Of a stretch of DNA of 64,000 nucleotides, positions 1 to 12,312 are shown piece after piece (the stretch's first letter is position 1; every line of letters starts with the position of its first letter). A program made the position numbers and the translations under genes. The notes under the pieces are model-generated. The model worked only from the letters and a program-made list of their open reading frames with translations, was not told the DNA's origin and did no database searches. The stretch is from Ignavibacteriota bacterium (GTDB taxonomy: Bacteria > Bacteroidota > Ignavibacteria > UBA10030): the NCBI GenBank assembly GCA_963727825.1, contig CAVSHO010000001.1, positions 384,001 to 448,000 of the forward strand. Reading direction: 5' to 3'.

Positions 1-2000
1 CACAATCCTATGAACTGCTCGCACTTAAAGAGGGAAAAGTAAGTGCACAAGGAAAAGAATATATCTCCAAGGCTATTGCTTTCTATGATTCACTTGCAGC
101 TCATTTTCCAGCAGGCGAACTCACCGATCAAGCTGTCGTGGCTGCATTCACACTCCGCTTGCAATTGGCAGATAAGGTGGAGGATCTTCGAGCACTGGGC
201 ACAGAATTTTTATTGAAGTCTTCCGGAACACGCGGAAGAGACGCAGCGCTTCTTTTACTTGGTGATTCGTATTTTTCAGCGAAGAATTATGATAACGCAA
301 TCTTGACCTATAAACTTTTATTGGAAAAATATGCAGATCGTGAAACAGCTCCATCTGCATACTATCACCTTGGAATGTCGCTTGATGGAATTATGGAAAA
401 AGATACTGCATTTCAAGTGATAGATCGATTTCTTTCTAAGAATCCAAATCATCTTTATAGCGCGGCGGCAACAGCATATCTTGCAAAAGCAGCTGCAGAT
501 AGCGCTCAATTATTAAAAGCGCTTGGATTTTTTGATCTCTTGGAAAAACGTTATTTCTACAGTCCATTGAATTCGGATATCGACATACAAAAAGCGGACG
601 CATATTTCAATGCAAAGGATTTTAAAAATGCCTTCGATTGGTACGAACGAGGGTGGAAGAGAATCCAATCGGATTTCTTCGCTGTGACTGGCGATCCCAA
701 TGAAGAGCGTTCGATAGTCTTTAAGCTCGGGGTATGCAGTGAAAAACTTGGCGATCTCACAACGGCAAAAAAATGGTACGCCGATTATATAACACGGGAT
801 CAAACGACCGATAGAGCCAAACAGGTTTACTATGCTCTTGCATCCATCTCGAAGTCAGAGAATAATATTGACGATGCAACAATGTACTTACAGAATGTAA
901 GCCGCATCGCGGCGAAGACCGGTAGACAAAGTGCATCGATAGCGCTAGAAACAGCTGAAATGTTATTCCGGAATGAAAAATATTCTGATGCAATTGCGAA
1001 GTATAATGAAGCTATATCACAAACAAACAATGATAGTCTTAAGCACTACATGCAATCACGTGTTATTATATCGTACTTCCGCCTTGACAATATTAACGAA
1101 GCCGACAGGCGTGCTGTAGAATTTGTGAAAGCGAATTCTACAGGTGCGTTCAGCTATGCGGCAGAGTTTGAATTTGAGCGGGGCAAATATCAAGTCAGGA
1201 AAGATGACTTTGTAAAAGCAAAAGAGCGATTCGATAATGTAGTTCATTCGTATCGCGGCGCCAGCATTGTGCCAGAAGCGCTCTTCTGGATAGCTCGTGT
1301 GTATGAATTGGATCAGAAAATGCCGCAGGCGGTGCAAGTGTATGATTCTCTTATACGGAATTTTCCAAACGTCGAGATTCTTCCGCGTGCGCGGTTGAGC
1401 CTTGGCAATGTGTATTATAATCTGGAACAATGGGACAACGCCTCCAAACAATACCGCTTCATTCTTGATAATGAACAGCATTCGCCAGATTTGGTTCCGC
1501 TTGCAATGAGTAATTTGATTATGACCTACAAGGAAATGGAACTTTTCGATGGTGCACTAGAACTAACGCGCAAGTATATCGATCGTTTCCCAAACGATTC
1601 AGACCTCATTGATAAGAAAATCGACATGGGTGTACTCTATCAGAAATTAGGATACTACGATCAATCGATCCTGCAATTGCAAAGCTTGATTGAAGCAGGC
1701 AACGCCGACCTTGAGGCGGAACTCCGATATTATATAGGTGAAGCATATTTCTACAAGGGAGAATTTCAGCAAGCGGTCTTGGAATTTCTGAAGGTGCCAT
1801 ACTTGGTCACGAAGAGAGGCAAAATAGATTGGATTTCAACTTCTTATTACATGGCAGGTCAATCGTACGAGAAAATGTCCAAGTACGATCAGGCAATGAC
1901 GATGTATAGACAAATCATCGATCGAAAAGATACTGATGCACAGTTTAAAACAGCAGCACAAAAAGAAATCGATCGGGTGAAAGCTATCTTAAAAAAATAG
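1..2000 (+). CDS. Multi-TPR protein (BamD/CpoB-like repeats), 5'-truncated by the window edge
   Basis: The frame of ORF 138..2000 is open back to position 3 (caa tcc tat gaa...). Repeated TPR helices, e.g. ALLLLGDSYF, AEFEFERGKY, ALFWIARVY, SYYMAGQSYE. Confidence 0.8.
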   Translation, partial: QSYELLALKEGKVSAQGKEYISKAIAFYDSLAAHFPAGELTDQAVVAAFTLRLQLADKVEDLRALGTEFLLKSSGTRGRDAALLLLGDSYFSAKNYDNAILTYKLLLEKYADRETAPSAYYHLGMSLDGIMEKDTAFQVIDRFLSKNPNHLYSAAATAYLAKAAADSAQLLKALGFFDLLEKRYFYSPLNSDIDIQKADAYFNAKDFKNAFDWYERGWKRIQSDFFAVTGDPNEERSIVFKLGVCSEKLGDLTTAKKWYADYITRDQTTDRAKQVYYALASISKSENNIDDATMYLQNVSRIAAKTGRQSASIALETAEMLFRNEKYSDAIAKYNEAISQTNNDSLKHYMQSRVIISYFRLDNINEADRRAVEFVKANSTGAFSYAAEFEFERGKYQVRKDDFVKAKERFDNVVHSYRGASIVPEALFWIARVYELDQKMPQAVQVYDSLIRNFPNVEILPRARLSLGNVYYNLEQWDNASKQYRFILDNEQHSPDLVPLAMSNLIMTYKEMELFDGALELTRKYIDRFPNDSDLIDKKIDMGVLYQKLGYYDQSILQLQSLIEAGNADLEAELRYYIGEAYFYKGEFQQAVLEFLKVPYLVTKRGKIDWISTSYYMAGQSYEKMSKYDQAMTMYRQIIDRKDTDAQFKTAAQKEIDRVKAILKK

Positions 2001-2104
2001 GAATAATGTTATTCGTAGAATGAGTAACAAAGTGAGAATGATTAATAAAGATAAAATGTTTTTGATCCCTCGATCACGAAATCACACAATGGCTTGATTT
2101 GATT

Positions 2105-4380
<2,276 letters not shown>

Positions 4381-4434
4381 TTGTTCTAATCTTTAAAGCT
4401 TGCAAGAGCGGTGCATTCTCTTCCGCGGCAAATA

Positions 4435-5287
4435 TTATCTCATACTTTTTGTGAAGAAGTCTTCTTTTATTATCCCATTACATACAGCTATTACGGGGCC
4501 GATCATTGTTGCACTGAAATCATTTTTGAATTCAAGGCTTAAATCTCCGCCTTGCATTTTTACGGTTATATTGTTTCCGCACAAGCCTAACTTAAAAGCA
4601 ACTGCTGCTGAAGCAGGTACTGCTGCTTCCTGAAGCAAGAGTATATCCGGCGCCTCGTTCCCATATTTCAATCTGTATATGGTTTTTATCAATAACTTTC
4701 ATGAACTGAACATTTATTCTATTGGGAAACATCGGATTAGTTTCGATATGCGGCCCGTACTCTTTGGCAAGCTCCGGCGATATTTCATCACAAAGAACGA
4801 CACAATGAGGATTCCCGATATTCGCAGCACAGTATTGTAAGGTTCTGCCTTTTATTACAAAATTCCTGTTGAGAACTTCTCCTGGCTCTCCATTTAGAGG
4901 AATCTCCGAAGCAATAAAGGAAACTTTTCCCATTTCAATTTTAACCATATCGCCATTGTTTCGTATTTCAGATTGTACATCTCCACCGATCGTGCTGATT
5001 GTAAACGGATTTGTTTTAACCAAACCTACATCCCATAGATAGCGGGAAAAAATTCTTAAACCGTTTCCGCTCTTTTCTGCTTCGCTTCCATCGGGATTGA
5101 ATATTCTCAATTTAAAATAATTGTCTATAATTTCAGGCCCGTACAATATTCCGTCGGACCCGACTCCAAAATTTCGGTCGCAAATTAACTTAATTGTCGG
5201 TTTATCTAACGTAATTTTCGTTTCTCTTGGATCTATAACTATATAGTCGTTTCCAAGTCCATGATATTTATAAAATTTCACCGCCAT
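4435..5287 (-). CDS. dapF: Diaminopimelate epimerase (Ser-Ser catalytic variant), apparent +1 frameshift near 4616
   Basis: KYHGLGNDY, DRNFGVGSDG, IFNPDGSEAEKSGNG, GNPHCV, WERGAGYTLASGSS. Removing one base at 4616-4617 joins ORF 4592..5287 to the C-terminus in ORF 4435..4692, giving 283 aa. Confidence 0.88.
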
Positions 5288-5327
5288 TTTTTCCCTTGTG
5301 TAAATTCTTTATTATCCGATTCCCGTT

Positions 5328-6560
5328 TTAAAATATCAATTTTAATTCTTTAATTCGACTTTTCATTTCACTAATTACTTCTTTTTCACGTTCGATCGTA
5401 TCGGCTTCAAATGTTACTGAAAATCTAATGTATTTTCCTGCGTCGTCCCATGGCACTGTCGAGATTAGGACGGATCGAATCAGAAAATCCGAAAATTCTG
5501 CTGCTGTCTTAAAAACCTCACCTCGTTCTGTGCCGATTGGTGCAGCTACATAACAATAGAATGATCCCTTTGGCTTTTTTGCCTTGAATCCTAATTCACA
5601 AAGCGCGTTAACCAAGAGATCAAATCTTCTTGAATATTTATCTACCGTAGCTTTTGTGATCTCCAAATGGTTTAGCGCCTGTATTGCTGCTTTCTGAATT
5701 GCCCGAAATTGTCCTGAATCGGTATTGTCTTTCACTGTGGCATAAGCATTGACAGCTTTGGAATTTCCACAAATGAAACCTATTCTCCAGCCTGTCATGT
5801 TGAAAGCTTTTGATAATGAATGGACTTCAACTCCAACATCCATAGCTCCGTCAATAGACAAAAAGCTTAACGGTTTGCAACCGTCGTAGGTCAATGCGCT
5901 GTAGGGAGCATCGTGAATAATAACAATTCCATTGCGGTGTGCAAAGCCGACTACGTGTTTGAAAAAATCAAGTGTTGCTGTGGCTCCAGTTGGATTATTT
6001 GGATAATTAAGATAGAGTGCTTTTGATTTTTTTAAAATTGATGATGGAATAGAATCTAAATCAGGCAGAAATGAATTTGATTCTAAGAGAGGAAGATTGT
6101 ATACCTCGCCTCCAAGATATTTTGCGTAAGTCGCAGACACCGGATATCCAGGTACCGTTGTGAGAAAAATATCACCTGGATTTATGAAGCAAATTGGAAG
6201 TAGTGCAAGGACCGGTTTAGATCCAATTCCATGAACTATATGCTCCGTCGGATTTTCAATTTTTAATCCGTAAACCTTGTGCAAATATTGAGCAGCGGCA
6301 TGTTGAAATTCCGGGATACCGTTATCTGCATACCAGCGATTTTCCGATTTTCCCGCTTCCTGAGACAGGGTTTTTACAACAAGAGGATCTGCCGGCCAGT
6401 CAGGTTCTCCGACACCGAAGTCGAGGATTGATAATTCAGGGTGTGCAATTTTAGCCGCTGCCTTGGCTCGTTTAATCAGTTCGAATTTGTAAATTTCTGT
6501 TGATTTGCCAAAGTTAATTCCTCCAATTCTTTCTGCAATTTTATCATCAAAGAAGCTCAT
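5328..6560 (-). CDS. dapL: LL-diaminopimelate aminotransferase
   Basis: Class I/II PLP aminotransferase (NYPNNPTG, HSLSKAFNMTGWRIG, KDNTDSGQF); directly upstream of dapF. Confidence 0.88.
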   Translation of the reverse strand: MSFFDDKIAERIGGINFGKSTEIYKFELIKRAKAAAKIAHPELSILDFGVGEPDWPADPLVVKTLSQEAGKSENRWYADNGIPEFQHAAAQYLHKVYGLKIENPTEHIVHGIGSKPVLALLPICFINPGDIFLTTVPGYPVSATYAKYLGGEVYNLPLLESNSFLPDLDSIPSSILKKSKALYLNYPNNPTGATATLDFFKHVVGFAHRNGIVIIHDAPYSALTYDGCKPLSFLSIDGAMDVGVEVHSLSKAFNMTGWRIGFICGNSKAVNAYATVKDNTDSGQFRAIQKAAIQALNHLEITKATVDKYSRRFDLLVNALCELGFKAKKPKGSFYCYVAAPIGTERGEVFKTAAEFSDFLIRSVLISTVPWDDAGKYIRFSVTFEADTIEREKEVISEMKSRIKELKLIF

Positions 6561-6591
6561 AAATACATCTTACCTTTCTGTTTAATGTAAT

Positions 6592-6610
6592 GCCGCCGAT
6601 AAACGGCGGC
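6592..6610. repeat. Perfect GC-rich hairpin gccgccg-ataaa-cggcggc
   Basis: 7-bp perfect inverted repeat about 30 bp upstream of the dapL start; no U-tract on either side. Confidence 0.5.
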
Positions 6611-6659
6611 GCAAAGTTATCACTTTCTGATTAGAAGCCCATCTTAAAAATGATTTTGA

Positions 6660-6752
6660 GTCATCCTGAACCTGTCGAAGGGTGATATAATATGTCACAG
6701 GTCAGACTTCGACAAGCCTTCGGCGTGAGCTCAGGCGAACGCTCAGTCTGAC
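6660..6752. repeat. REP/MITE-like palindromic element with a nested second palindrome
   Basis: gtcatcctgaacctgtcgaag (6660-6680) pairs with cttcgacaag...ctcagtctgac; the right arm is interrupted by ttcggcgtgagctcaggcgaa. Confidence 0.6.
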
Positions 6753-7015
6753 AGCAAGGAGTCTTTTTGAAATATCTTCTAATATTATATATGAAATCAA
6801 ATATAATTGCAACAATTACAATTCAATTAATGATGCCCCAGCGTTTGCGTCGGATGCGAAGAAAGAAAACGATCGTTGAAGACCACGCTGTCAATCAATT
6901 AATGCACGGTATCGCCAATTTCCTTTTTAACAAAGGGAATTATTGGATAATTTTCTGTTATTTCTTCCACGGTTGTAACCTTGCCTTTCCCCTGAAATTA
7001 CAATACATTTTTTCT

Positions 7016-10000
7016 GTGACAAGTCTCCGATATAAAATTGGTCTAAGCTATTTCGTTATTGTTGTCATCGGTTTGGCAACGAGCGCCGTTGCTATCTATA
7101 ATTTTTCTAATCTTCGTGATACCTTCAGTCTTATGCTGCATAATAATTATGAAAGTGTTCGTGCAGCTCAGAATATGTTTAAGGCTCTTGAGCAGCAGGA
7201 AAACGCTCAACTTTCGATGCAACTTACAGATATTGATTCAGCTTATGTTCGCTTTAGCATCTATCGAACCGGATTTTTAGCCTGGCTTGGGGAAGGAAAG
7301 CAAAGCGGCCAAAGCGAGCGCGAAAAAAAGGTTTTGGATAAAATATCACAGAATTATTCGCGGTACAATCAACTTTCTGATTCGCTTTATCACTTGTTGC
7401 AAATAAAAAGACAAACAAGCGCTGCATTGAATTATACATCGAGAGTAATTCGCCCCGTATTCGACTCGTTGAAGGCAGGATGTTTTGAGTATCTTGCAAT
7501 TAATCAGGATGCGATGACTATCACTGAAGAGAAATTGAATCAGACTGCAAGTGATGCAACACTGACAGTGATTACCATTTCTGTGATAGCGGTGCTTTTG
7601 AGTTTCTATACAAGTGTTCGGTTCACACGTAATATTATCCTGCCGGCGGAGAAACTTACTCGTTCTGTGCGAAAAATCAGTAGCGGTCAGCTTAATCAGA
7701 AAATCGATGTGAACACAGACGATGAGATTGGAGAGCTGAGCCGCGAATTTAATAAAATGACGGAACGCTTGAGAACGTATGAACAGATGAATATACAACA
7801 GCTTATTGCGGAGAAGAAAAAATCTGAGACAATTGTAGAAAATATTGCCGATCCGGTTATCGTTACAGATGAGAATGGAGTGCTTGTTCTGATTAATCAA
7901 GCTGCAGCTGCTGTCTTCGATGTTCGCGGAACTGAATGGCAGGGAAAATTTGTACGCGAAGTCGTCGGTAATCAAAGCTGGGCGGAAATGTTAGAACTTG
8001 GCGGCATTCGTCGTATCGAAAAGGAACATCGCGATCCGCTTTTCGCGTTTACACGTAACGATCTGAAATTATATTTCAGGCCGCGTCAGGCGCATATTGT
8101 TGATGAACATGGAAATATTCAGGGTATAGTAACGCTGTTGCAAGATGTGACGCGATTCAAAGACCTTGATCGGATGAAATCCGAATTTATTGCCACGGTT
8201 TCTCATGAACTTCGCACACCATTGACTTCATTAAGCATGGGCGTCGACATCCTTTCGCAGGGAGTTGTAGGATCTGTGAACCAACGCCAGAAAGATCTGC
8301 TTGTTGCAGCAAAAGATGATTCTGAACGATTGCGAAAATTAGTGAAAGAATTGCTGGATCTTTCCAAGCTTGAATCCGGCAAGTACGAAATGAAAAAAGA
8401 GCTTGTCGATTTCCGCCGTCTTATGGCAGATGCTGTGAAACCTTTACGTCTTCCGTTTGAGGAAAAGCAGATTCACTTAGAGCTTAATATTCCGGAGCAT
8501 ATGCCTGCTCTTTCTGCCGATCCCCATCAGCTTACGTGGGTTGTAACGAACTTGTTAAGCAATGCACTTCATTACACTGATACAAACGGTAAAGTTCAGC
8601 TGACTGCAAAGGAAGAGAAACAGGGGCTTCTTGTAACTGTTGCTGATACGGGGCATGGAATTCCACAAGAGAATTTGGAAACGGTCTTCGATAAATTTGT
8701 CCAAGTGAAAAGCTCAACTGAGACAACACCGGGTAGTGTTGGCCTGGGGTTGGCAATTGCGCGAGAAGTAGTGGAGGCCCACGGGGGACGAATTTGGGTT
8801 GAAAGTCAAGTGGGAGTTGGCAGCACATTTTTCTTCACTATTCCTACAGGTACTACAAGCCGGGGCATAAATCATATGCAGCAGCAAAAACCAAAAGTAC
8901 TCGTTGTAGATGACGAGAAAAATATTCTCACTACAATCGGTATTTGTTTAGAATCAATTGGCATTGATGCGACACTCTGTGCGAAGCCGCAAGATGTACT
9001 GCAGTTGCTGCAGGAAAATGTATTTGATATTGCTTTTGTCGATTTGAAAATGTCGCCGATGGACGGTATCGAAGTCCTTGCAGAGATAAAGCAATATTCG
9101 CCTATCACAACTGTCATTATTATGACTGCCCACGGTTCTGTCGATACCGCGGTAACTGCAATTAAAAAAGGGGCGTACGATTATCTGCAGAAGCCATTCG
9201 ATTTTGAGGAATTGAAATTATTTACACAGAAAGTTCTTGCTTATCACCAGCTTGTTCATGAAGTAGCTGAACTTCGTGAAGAACTTGCCTCAATGCAGGG
9301 TAGCGGTGAAATCATCACACGCAACCGTACGATGATTGAACAGCTTGATATTGTAGCGCGTGTTGCCGACAGTACAATTAGTATTCTGGTTGAAGGAGAA
9401 AGCGGCACAGGAAAGGAGTTGGTAGCGCATTACATTCATCAGAAAAGTAATCGTGCCGATAAGCCGTTTGTCAAAGTAAACTGCGCAGCGATTCCGGAAC
9501 AACTTTTGGAAAGCGAACTTTTCGGTCATGTGCGTGGAGCGTTCACCGGCGCGTTGAAGGATCGGCAAGGCAGGTTTGAAATGGCGGACAACGGAACAAT
9601 TTTCTTAGACGAAATTGGTGAGTTGCCATCGTCCATCCAATCGAAACTTTTGCGCATTCTTCAGACGAAAGACTTCGAGCGTGTCGGTGAAAATGTGACA
9701 CGCAAAGTAGACGTTCGAGTGATTTCTGCGACAAATCGCAATTTAGACGAAGCGTTAAAAGAAGGAAGTTTCCGCGAAGACCTTTTCTATCGTCTGAATG
9801 GAGTTCGAATAAAACTTCCACCCCTTAGAGAAAGGCCGGAAGATGTACCGTTACTTATTCACCACTTTCTCAAGAAAATTTCAAAAGAGCGGGATATAAA
9901 AATTGCACCGGAAGCTGATAGAATTCTAAAATCATATCGTTGGAGCGGTAATGTCCGGGAATTAGAAAACGCAATCGAGCGTGCAGCGCTTCTTACCGCA

Positions 10001-10198
10001 AATGACGTTATCGAACCGGTACATTTACCGGAAGAAATTCGTGGAAGTATTGAAACAAATGCCCTTTCTTTGGAAGAAACCGAAAAAGTACAAATCAAAA
10101 AAGTTCTGCAAATTGCAAAAGATTACGATGAAGCAGCAGCCATTTTAGGTATCGATCGAGCAACTCTTTGGAAGAAGAGAAAAAAATTCAATCTTTAA
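7016..10198 (+). CDS. KinB-like sensor kinase (periplasmic helical sensor, HAMP, PAS, HisKA, HATPase) in frame with an AlgB/NtrC-like sigma54 activator (REC-AAA-HTH, internal ATG at 8876)
   Basis: Likely start GTG at 7016 (MTSLRYKIG, then TM). SHELRTPL, NLLSNA, DTGHGIP, GLGLAI; then VLVVDDE, GESGTGKE, GAFTGA, WSGNVRELEN, ILGIDRATLWKK. Confidence 0.85.
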   Translation: MTSLRYKIGLSYFVIVVIGLATSAVAIYNFSNLRDTFSLMLHNNYESVRAAQNMFKALEQQENAQLSMQLTDIDSAYVRFSIYRTGFLAWLGEGKQSGQSEREKKVLDKISQNYSRYNQLSDSLYHLLQIKRQTSAALNYTSRVIRPVFDSLKAGCFEYLAINQDAMTITEEKLNQTASDATLTVITISVIAVLLSFYTSVRFTRNIILPAEKLTRSVRKISSGQLNQKIDVNTDDEIGELSREFNKMTERLRTYEQMNIQQLIAEKKKSETIVENIADPVIVTDENGVLVLINQAAAAVFDVRGTEWQGKFVREVVGNQSWAEMLELGGIRRIEKEHRDPLFAFTRNDLKLYFRPRQAHIVDEHGNIQGIVTLLQDVTRFKDLDRMKSEFIATVSHELRTPLTSLSMGVDILSQGVVGSVNQRQKDLLVAAKDDSERLRKLVKELLDLSKLESGKYEMKKELVDFRRLMADAVKPLRLPFEEKQIHLELNIPEHMPALSADPHQLTWVVTNLLSNALHYTDTNGKVQLTAKEEKQGLLVTVADTGHGIPQENLETVFDKFVQVKSSTETTPGSVGLGLAIAREVVEAHGGRIWVESQVGVGSTFFFTIPTGTTSRGINHMQQQKPKVLVVDDEKNILTTIGICLESIGIDATLCAKPQDVLQLLQENVFDIAFVDLKMSPMDGIEVLAEIKQYSPITTVIIMTAHGSVDTAVTAIKKGAYDYLQKPFDFEELKLFTQKVLAYHQLVHEVAELREELASMQGSGEIITRNRTMIEQLDIVARVADSTISILVEGESGTGKELVAHYIHQKSNRADKPFVKVNCAAIPEQLLESELFGHVRGAFTGALKDRQGRFEMADNGTIFLDEIGELPSSIQSKLLRILQTKDFERVGENVTRKVDVRVISATNRNLDEALKEGSFREDLFYRLNGVRIKLPPLRERPEDVPLLIHHFLKKISKERDIKIAPEADRILKSYRWSGNVRELENAIERAALLTANDVIEPVHLPEEIRGSIETNALSLEETEKVQIKKVLQIAKDYDEAAAILGIDRATLWKKRKKFNL

Positions 10199-10295
10199 TT
10201 CAAATCTCATCGTAAGAAGTCTACTATTCTAAAAACGCGAGCGTTTTTTTGTTTATTTTTTTATTCCAAATTATGCATTAGCTTGTAGAGTCCCC

Positions 10296-10324
10296 CCTGC
10301 GTCGGGCAGGCGATCACCAGATCG
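10296..10324. repeat. Two abutting short hairpins (REP-like remnant)
   Basis: cctgc-gtcgg-gcagg followed by cgatc-acca-gatcg in the intergenic region after the activator gene. Confidence 0.35.
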
Positions 10325-10629
10325 GACAATGATGTTAACAATATTTCATCCAGTCGGTGATTGGATTCTACACCAATTCGGTTATCGTTCACCTTTCCTA
10401 TATTCTATCATTTCTATAACATATGCCCCTCTTTTATTTCTAATGAATGGTTTGGGTTTATTAAACCTACGTTGCTTTTTACAACATTGATATGCCGAAT
10501 AATAATAAACGAAAAAAGGGATTTGTGTGTGAAGGCGAATATTGCGTTGCCTTTCACAACACGAGAGAAATTCATTTTACATAATTCCCCTGATTTTAAC
10601 TGAAAATCGAGATAATGAGTAGAGAACTA

Positions 10630-10646
10630 TTGGCATCATAATTGAT
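10630..10646 (+). promoter_or_regulatory. Candidate sigma54 -24/-12 promoter
   Basis: ttggcat-cataa-ttgat matches TGGCAY-N5-TTG; about 50 bp upstream of the STAS gene ATG and downstream of a sigma54 activator gene. Confidence 0.45.
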
Positions 10647-10694
10647 AAATCAGACAAGGAAATTAGTTTTAAATTGAAAAGCCGAGGAAACAAC

Positions 10695-11042
10695 ATGGCT
10701 ACAAAACTTACTACGCTTGACAATCTTGATATAGCCGTACTTGAGCCTCGGGGTTCGCTCATTGGCGGTGAAGAGACAGACGAATTAAAAGCTAAGGCCA
10801 AAGATTTGGTTGAACAAGGGAATAAAAAACTTGTACTCGATCTTGGTAGTATTACCTATATGAACAGTTCTGGAATAGGTGCACTCGTAGGCATTCATTC
10901 TATGTATCAAAAAGTGTCTGGTAAGATCAGCCTTTGCAATGTCGCCAAAGGCGTTCAAAATGTTTTTGTCATAACAAAGCTGACGAGTGTTTTTAATGTT
11001 GAAGAAGATCGCAAACAAGCAATTAGTAGTCTTAAATTATAA
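10695..11042 (+). CDS. STAS-domain anti-sigma factor antagonist (SpoIIAA/RsbV-like)
   Basis: ATG 10695 after gagg RBS; LVLDLGSITYMNSSGIGALV motif with the phosphorylatable Ser. Confidence 0.9.
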   Translation: MATKLTTLDNLDIAVLEPRGSLIGGEETDELKAKAKDLVEQGNKKLVLDLGSITYMNSSGIGALVGIHSMYQKVSGKISLCNVAKGVQNVFVITKLTSVFNVEEDRKQAISSLKL

Positions 11043-11089
11043 ATCAAAATAATACTCATTTAATATAACACAAATCAGGAGAACGTTTC

Positions 11090-11824
11090 ATGAAGACTTC
11101 CACGTTCAATGCTATCGTTATCGTCCTTGCTTTCGTTTTTGGCTGGGTGATTTTCGAATATACCTTACCGAAAGTTATTACAGATGGCGGTCCACTCGTT
11201 ATTGCTCTTATTGCACTTGTAATCATGCTGATCGCAACAATCGTTGAGCGTTTGCTCACGTTGAAGAAAGCCAATGGCAAAGGCACTTTGACAGTATTTC
11301 TGAAGAATGTGCAACAAGCGGTTAATTCCGGCGATATAGATACAGCGCTTGCCGTATGCGATAAGCAACGTGGCTCTTGCGCCAACGTTCTTCGCGCAGG
11401 TTTAGAAAAATATAAGATGGTAGTGGAGGAAGGTGATATAAAAGGGCAAAAGGAATTAATGGAGAGTATTCAACGCTCTATCGAAGAAGCGACTATGTTA
11501 GAAGTGCCAATGCTCGAGCGCAACCTCTCTATGATGTCCACAATTGCTTCTATCGGAACAATGGTGGGATTGCTCGGAACAGTAATTGGTATGATCCGTT
11601 CATTCGCAGCTATGGCACGCCAAGGTGCACCGGATGCGATTCAGCTTGCTCTTGGTATCTCTGAAGCTCTTATTAATACTGCAGGTGGTCTTATTGCAGG
11701 TATCGGTGGTATCGTTGCATATAATTTCTTTGTCACGAAAATCGATAACTTCACCTATATGATTGACGAAGCGAGCTATTCCATAATTCAATCATTAGCC
11801 TCACGCAAACCGCATAAGAAGTAA
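11090..11824 (+). CDS. exbB: MotA/TolQ/ExbB proton channel protein
   Basis: STIASIGTMVGLLGTVIGMIRSF, GISEALINTAGGL; followed by two exbD-like genes and tonB. Confidence 0.9.
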   Translation: MKTSTFNAIVIVLAFVFGWVIFEYTLPKVITDGGPLVIALIALVIMLIATIVERLLTLKKANGKGTLTVFLKNVQQAVNSGDIDTALAVCDKQRGSCANVLRAGLEKYKMVVEEGDIKGQKELMESIQRSIEEATMLEVPMLERNLSMMSTIASIGTMVGLLGTVIGMIRSFAAMARQGAPDAIQLALGISEALINTAGGLIAGIGGIVAYNFFVTKIDNFTYMIDEASYSIIQSLASRKPHKK

Positions 11825-11842
11825 CAGGGAAAGGTTGACGTT

Positions 11843-12310
11843 ATGCCAAAACATAAAAAAGGAAGAGTCGGCACTCGCATCGACATGACACCGATGGTGG
11901 ACGTAGCAATGCTCCTGCTTACATTCTTCATGATGACCACACAGTTCAAACCACCAGAGGATGTTGAAGTAATTATCCCGGCTTCTCATTCTGAGTTCAA
12001 ACTGCCGGAATCACATATTATGATGGTATATGTAACCAAAGAAGGCAAGATCTACCTTGGTGTAGATGCACAAGGTTTGATGGAGCGACTCTTTGGAAAA
12101 GAAAATAGATACAAACGGGCGATTGAAGTAGATAAAACCACGCTGGGGACTGTTCTCATGCTGGCGCGTACCAATGATCCCTTACTTCGTACTGTCGTCA
12201 AAGGAGATAAAGAGGCTCCCTATGGACCGATGGAAGATGTTATGGATGTCTTGGTGAAAACGAGGATCACGCGTTTTAATCTCGTCACAGATTTGGATAA
12301 AGGAGCATAA
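11843..12310 (+). CDS. exbD: ExbD/TolR biopolymer transport protein
   Basis: IDMTPMVDVAMLLLTFFMMTT TM with conserved Asp; KGDKEAPYG. Confidence 0.9.
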   Translation: MPKHKKGRVGTRIDMTPMVDVAMLLLTFFMMTTQFKPPEDVEVIIPASHSEFKLPESHIMMVYVTKEGKIYLGVDAQGLMERLFGKENRYKRAIEVDKTTLGTVLMLARTNDPLLRTVVKGDKEAPYGPMEDVMDVLVKTRITRFNLVTDLDKGA

Positions 12311-12312
12311 TC

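Noticed and set aside
6561-6760. Lysine riboswitch upstream of dapL
   Set aside because: The structure there is explained by palindromic repeats; no lysine riboswitch consensus seen.
6767-7015. 83-codon N-terminal extension of the sensor kinase ORF
   Set aside because: Low-complexity, promoter-like sequence next to a repeat; the typical kinase start (SLRYKI then TM) begins at GTG 7016.
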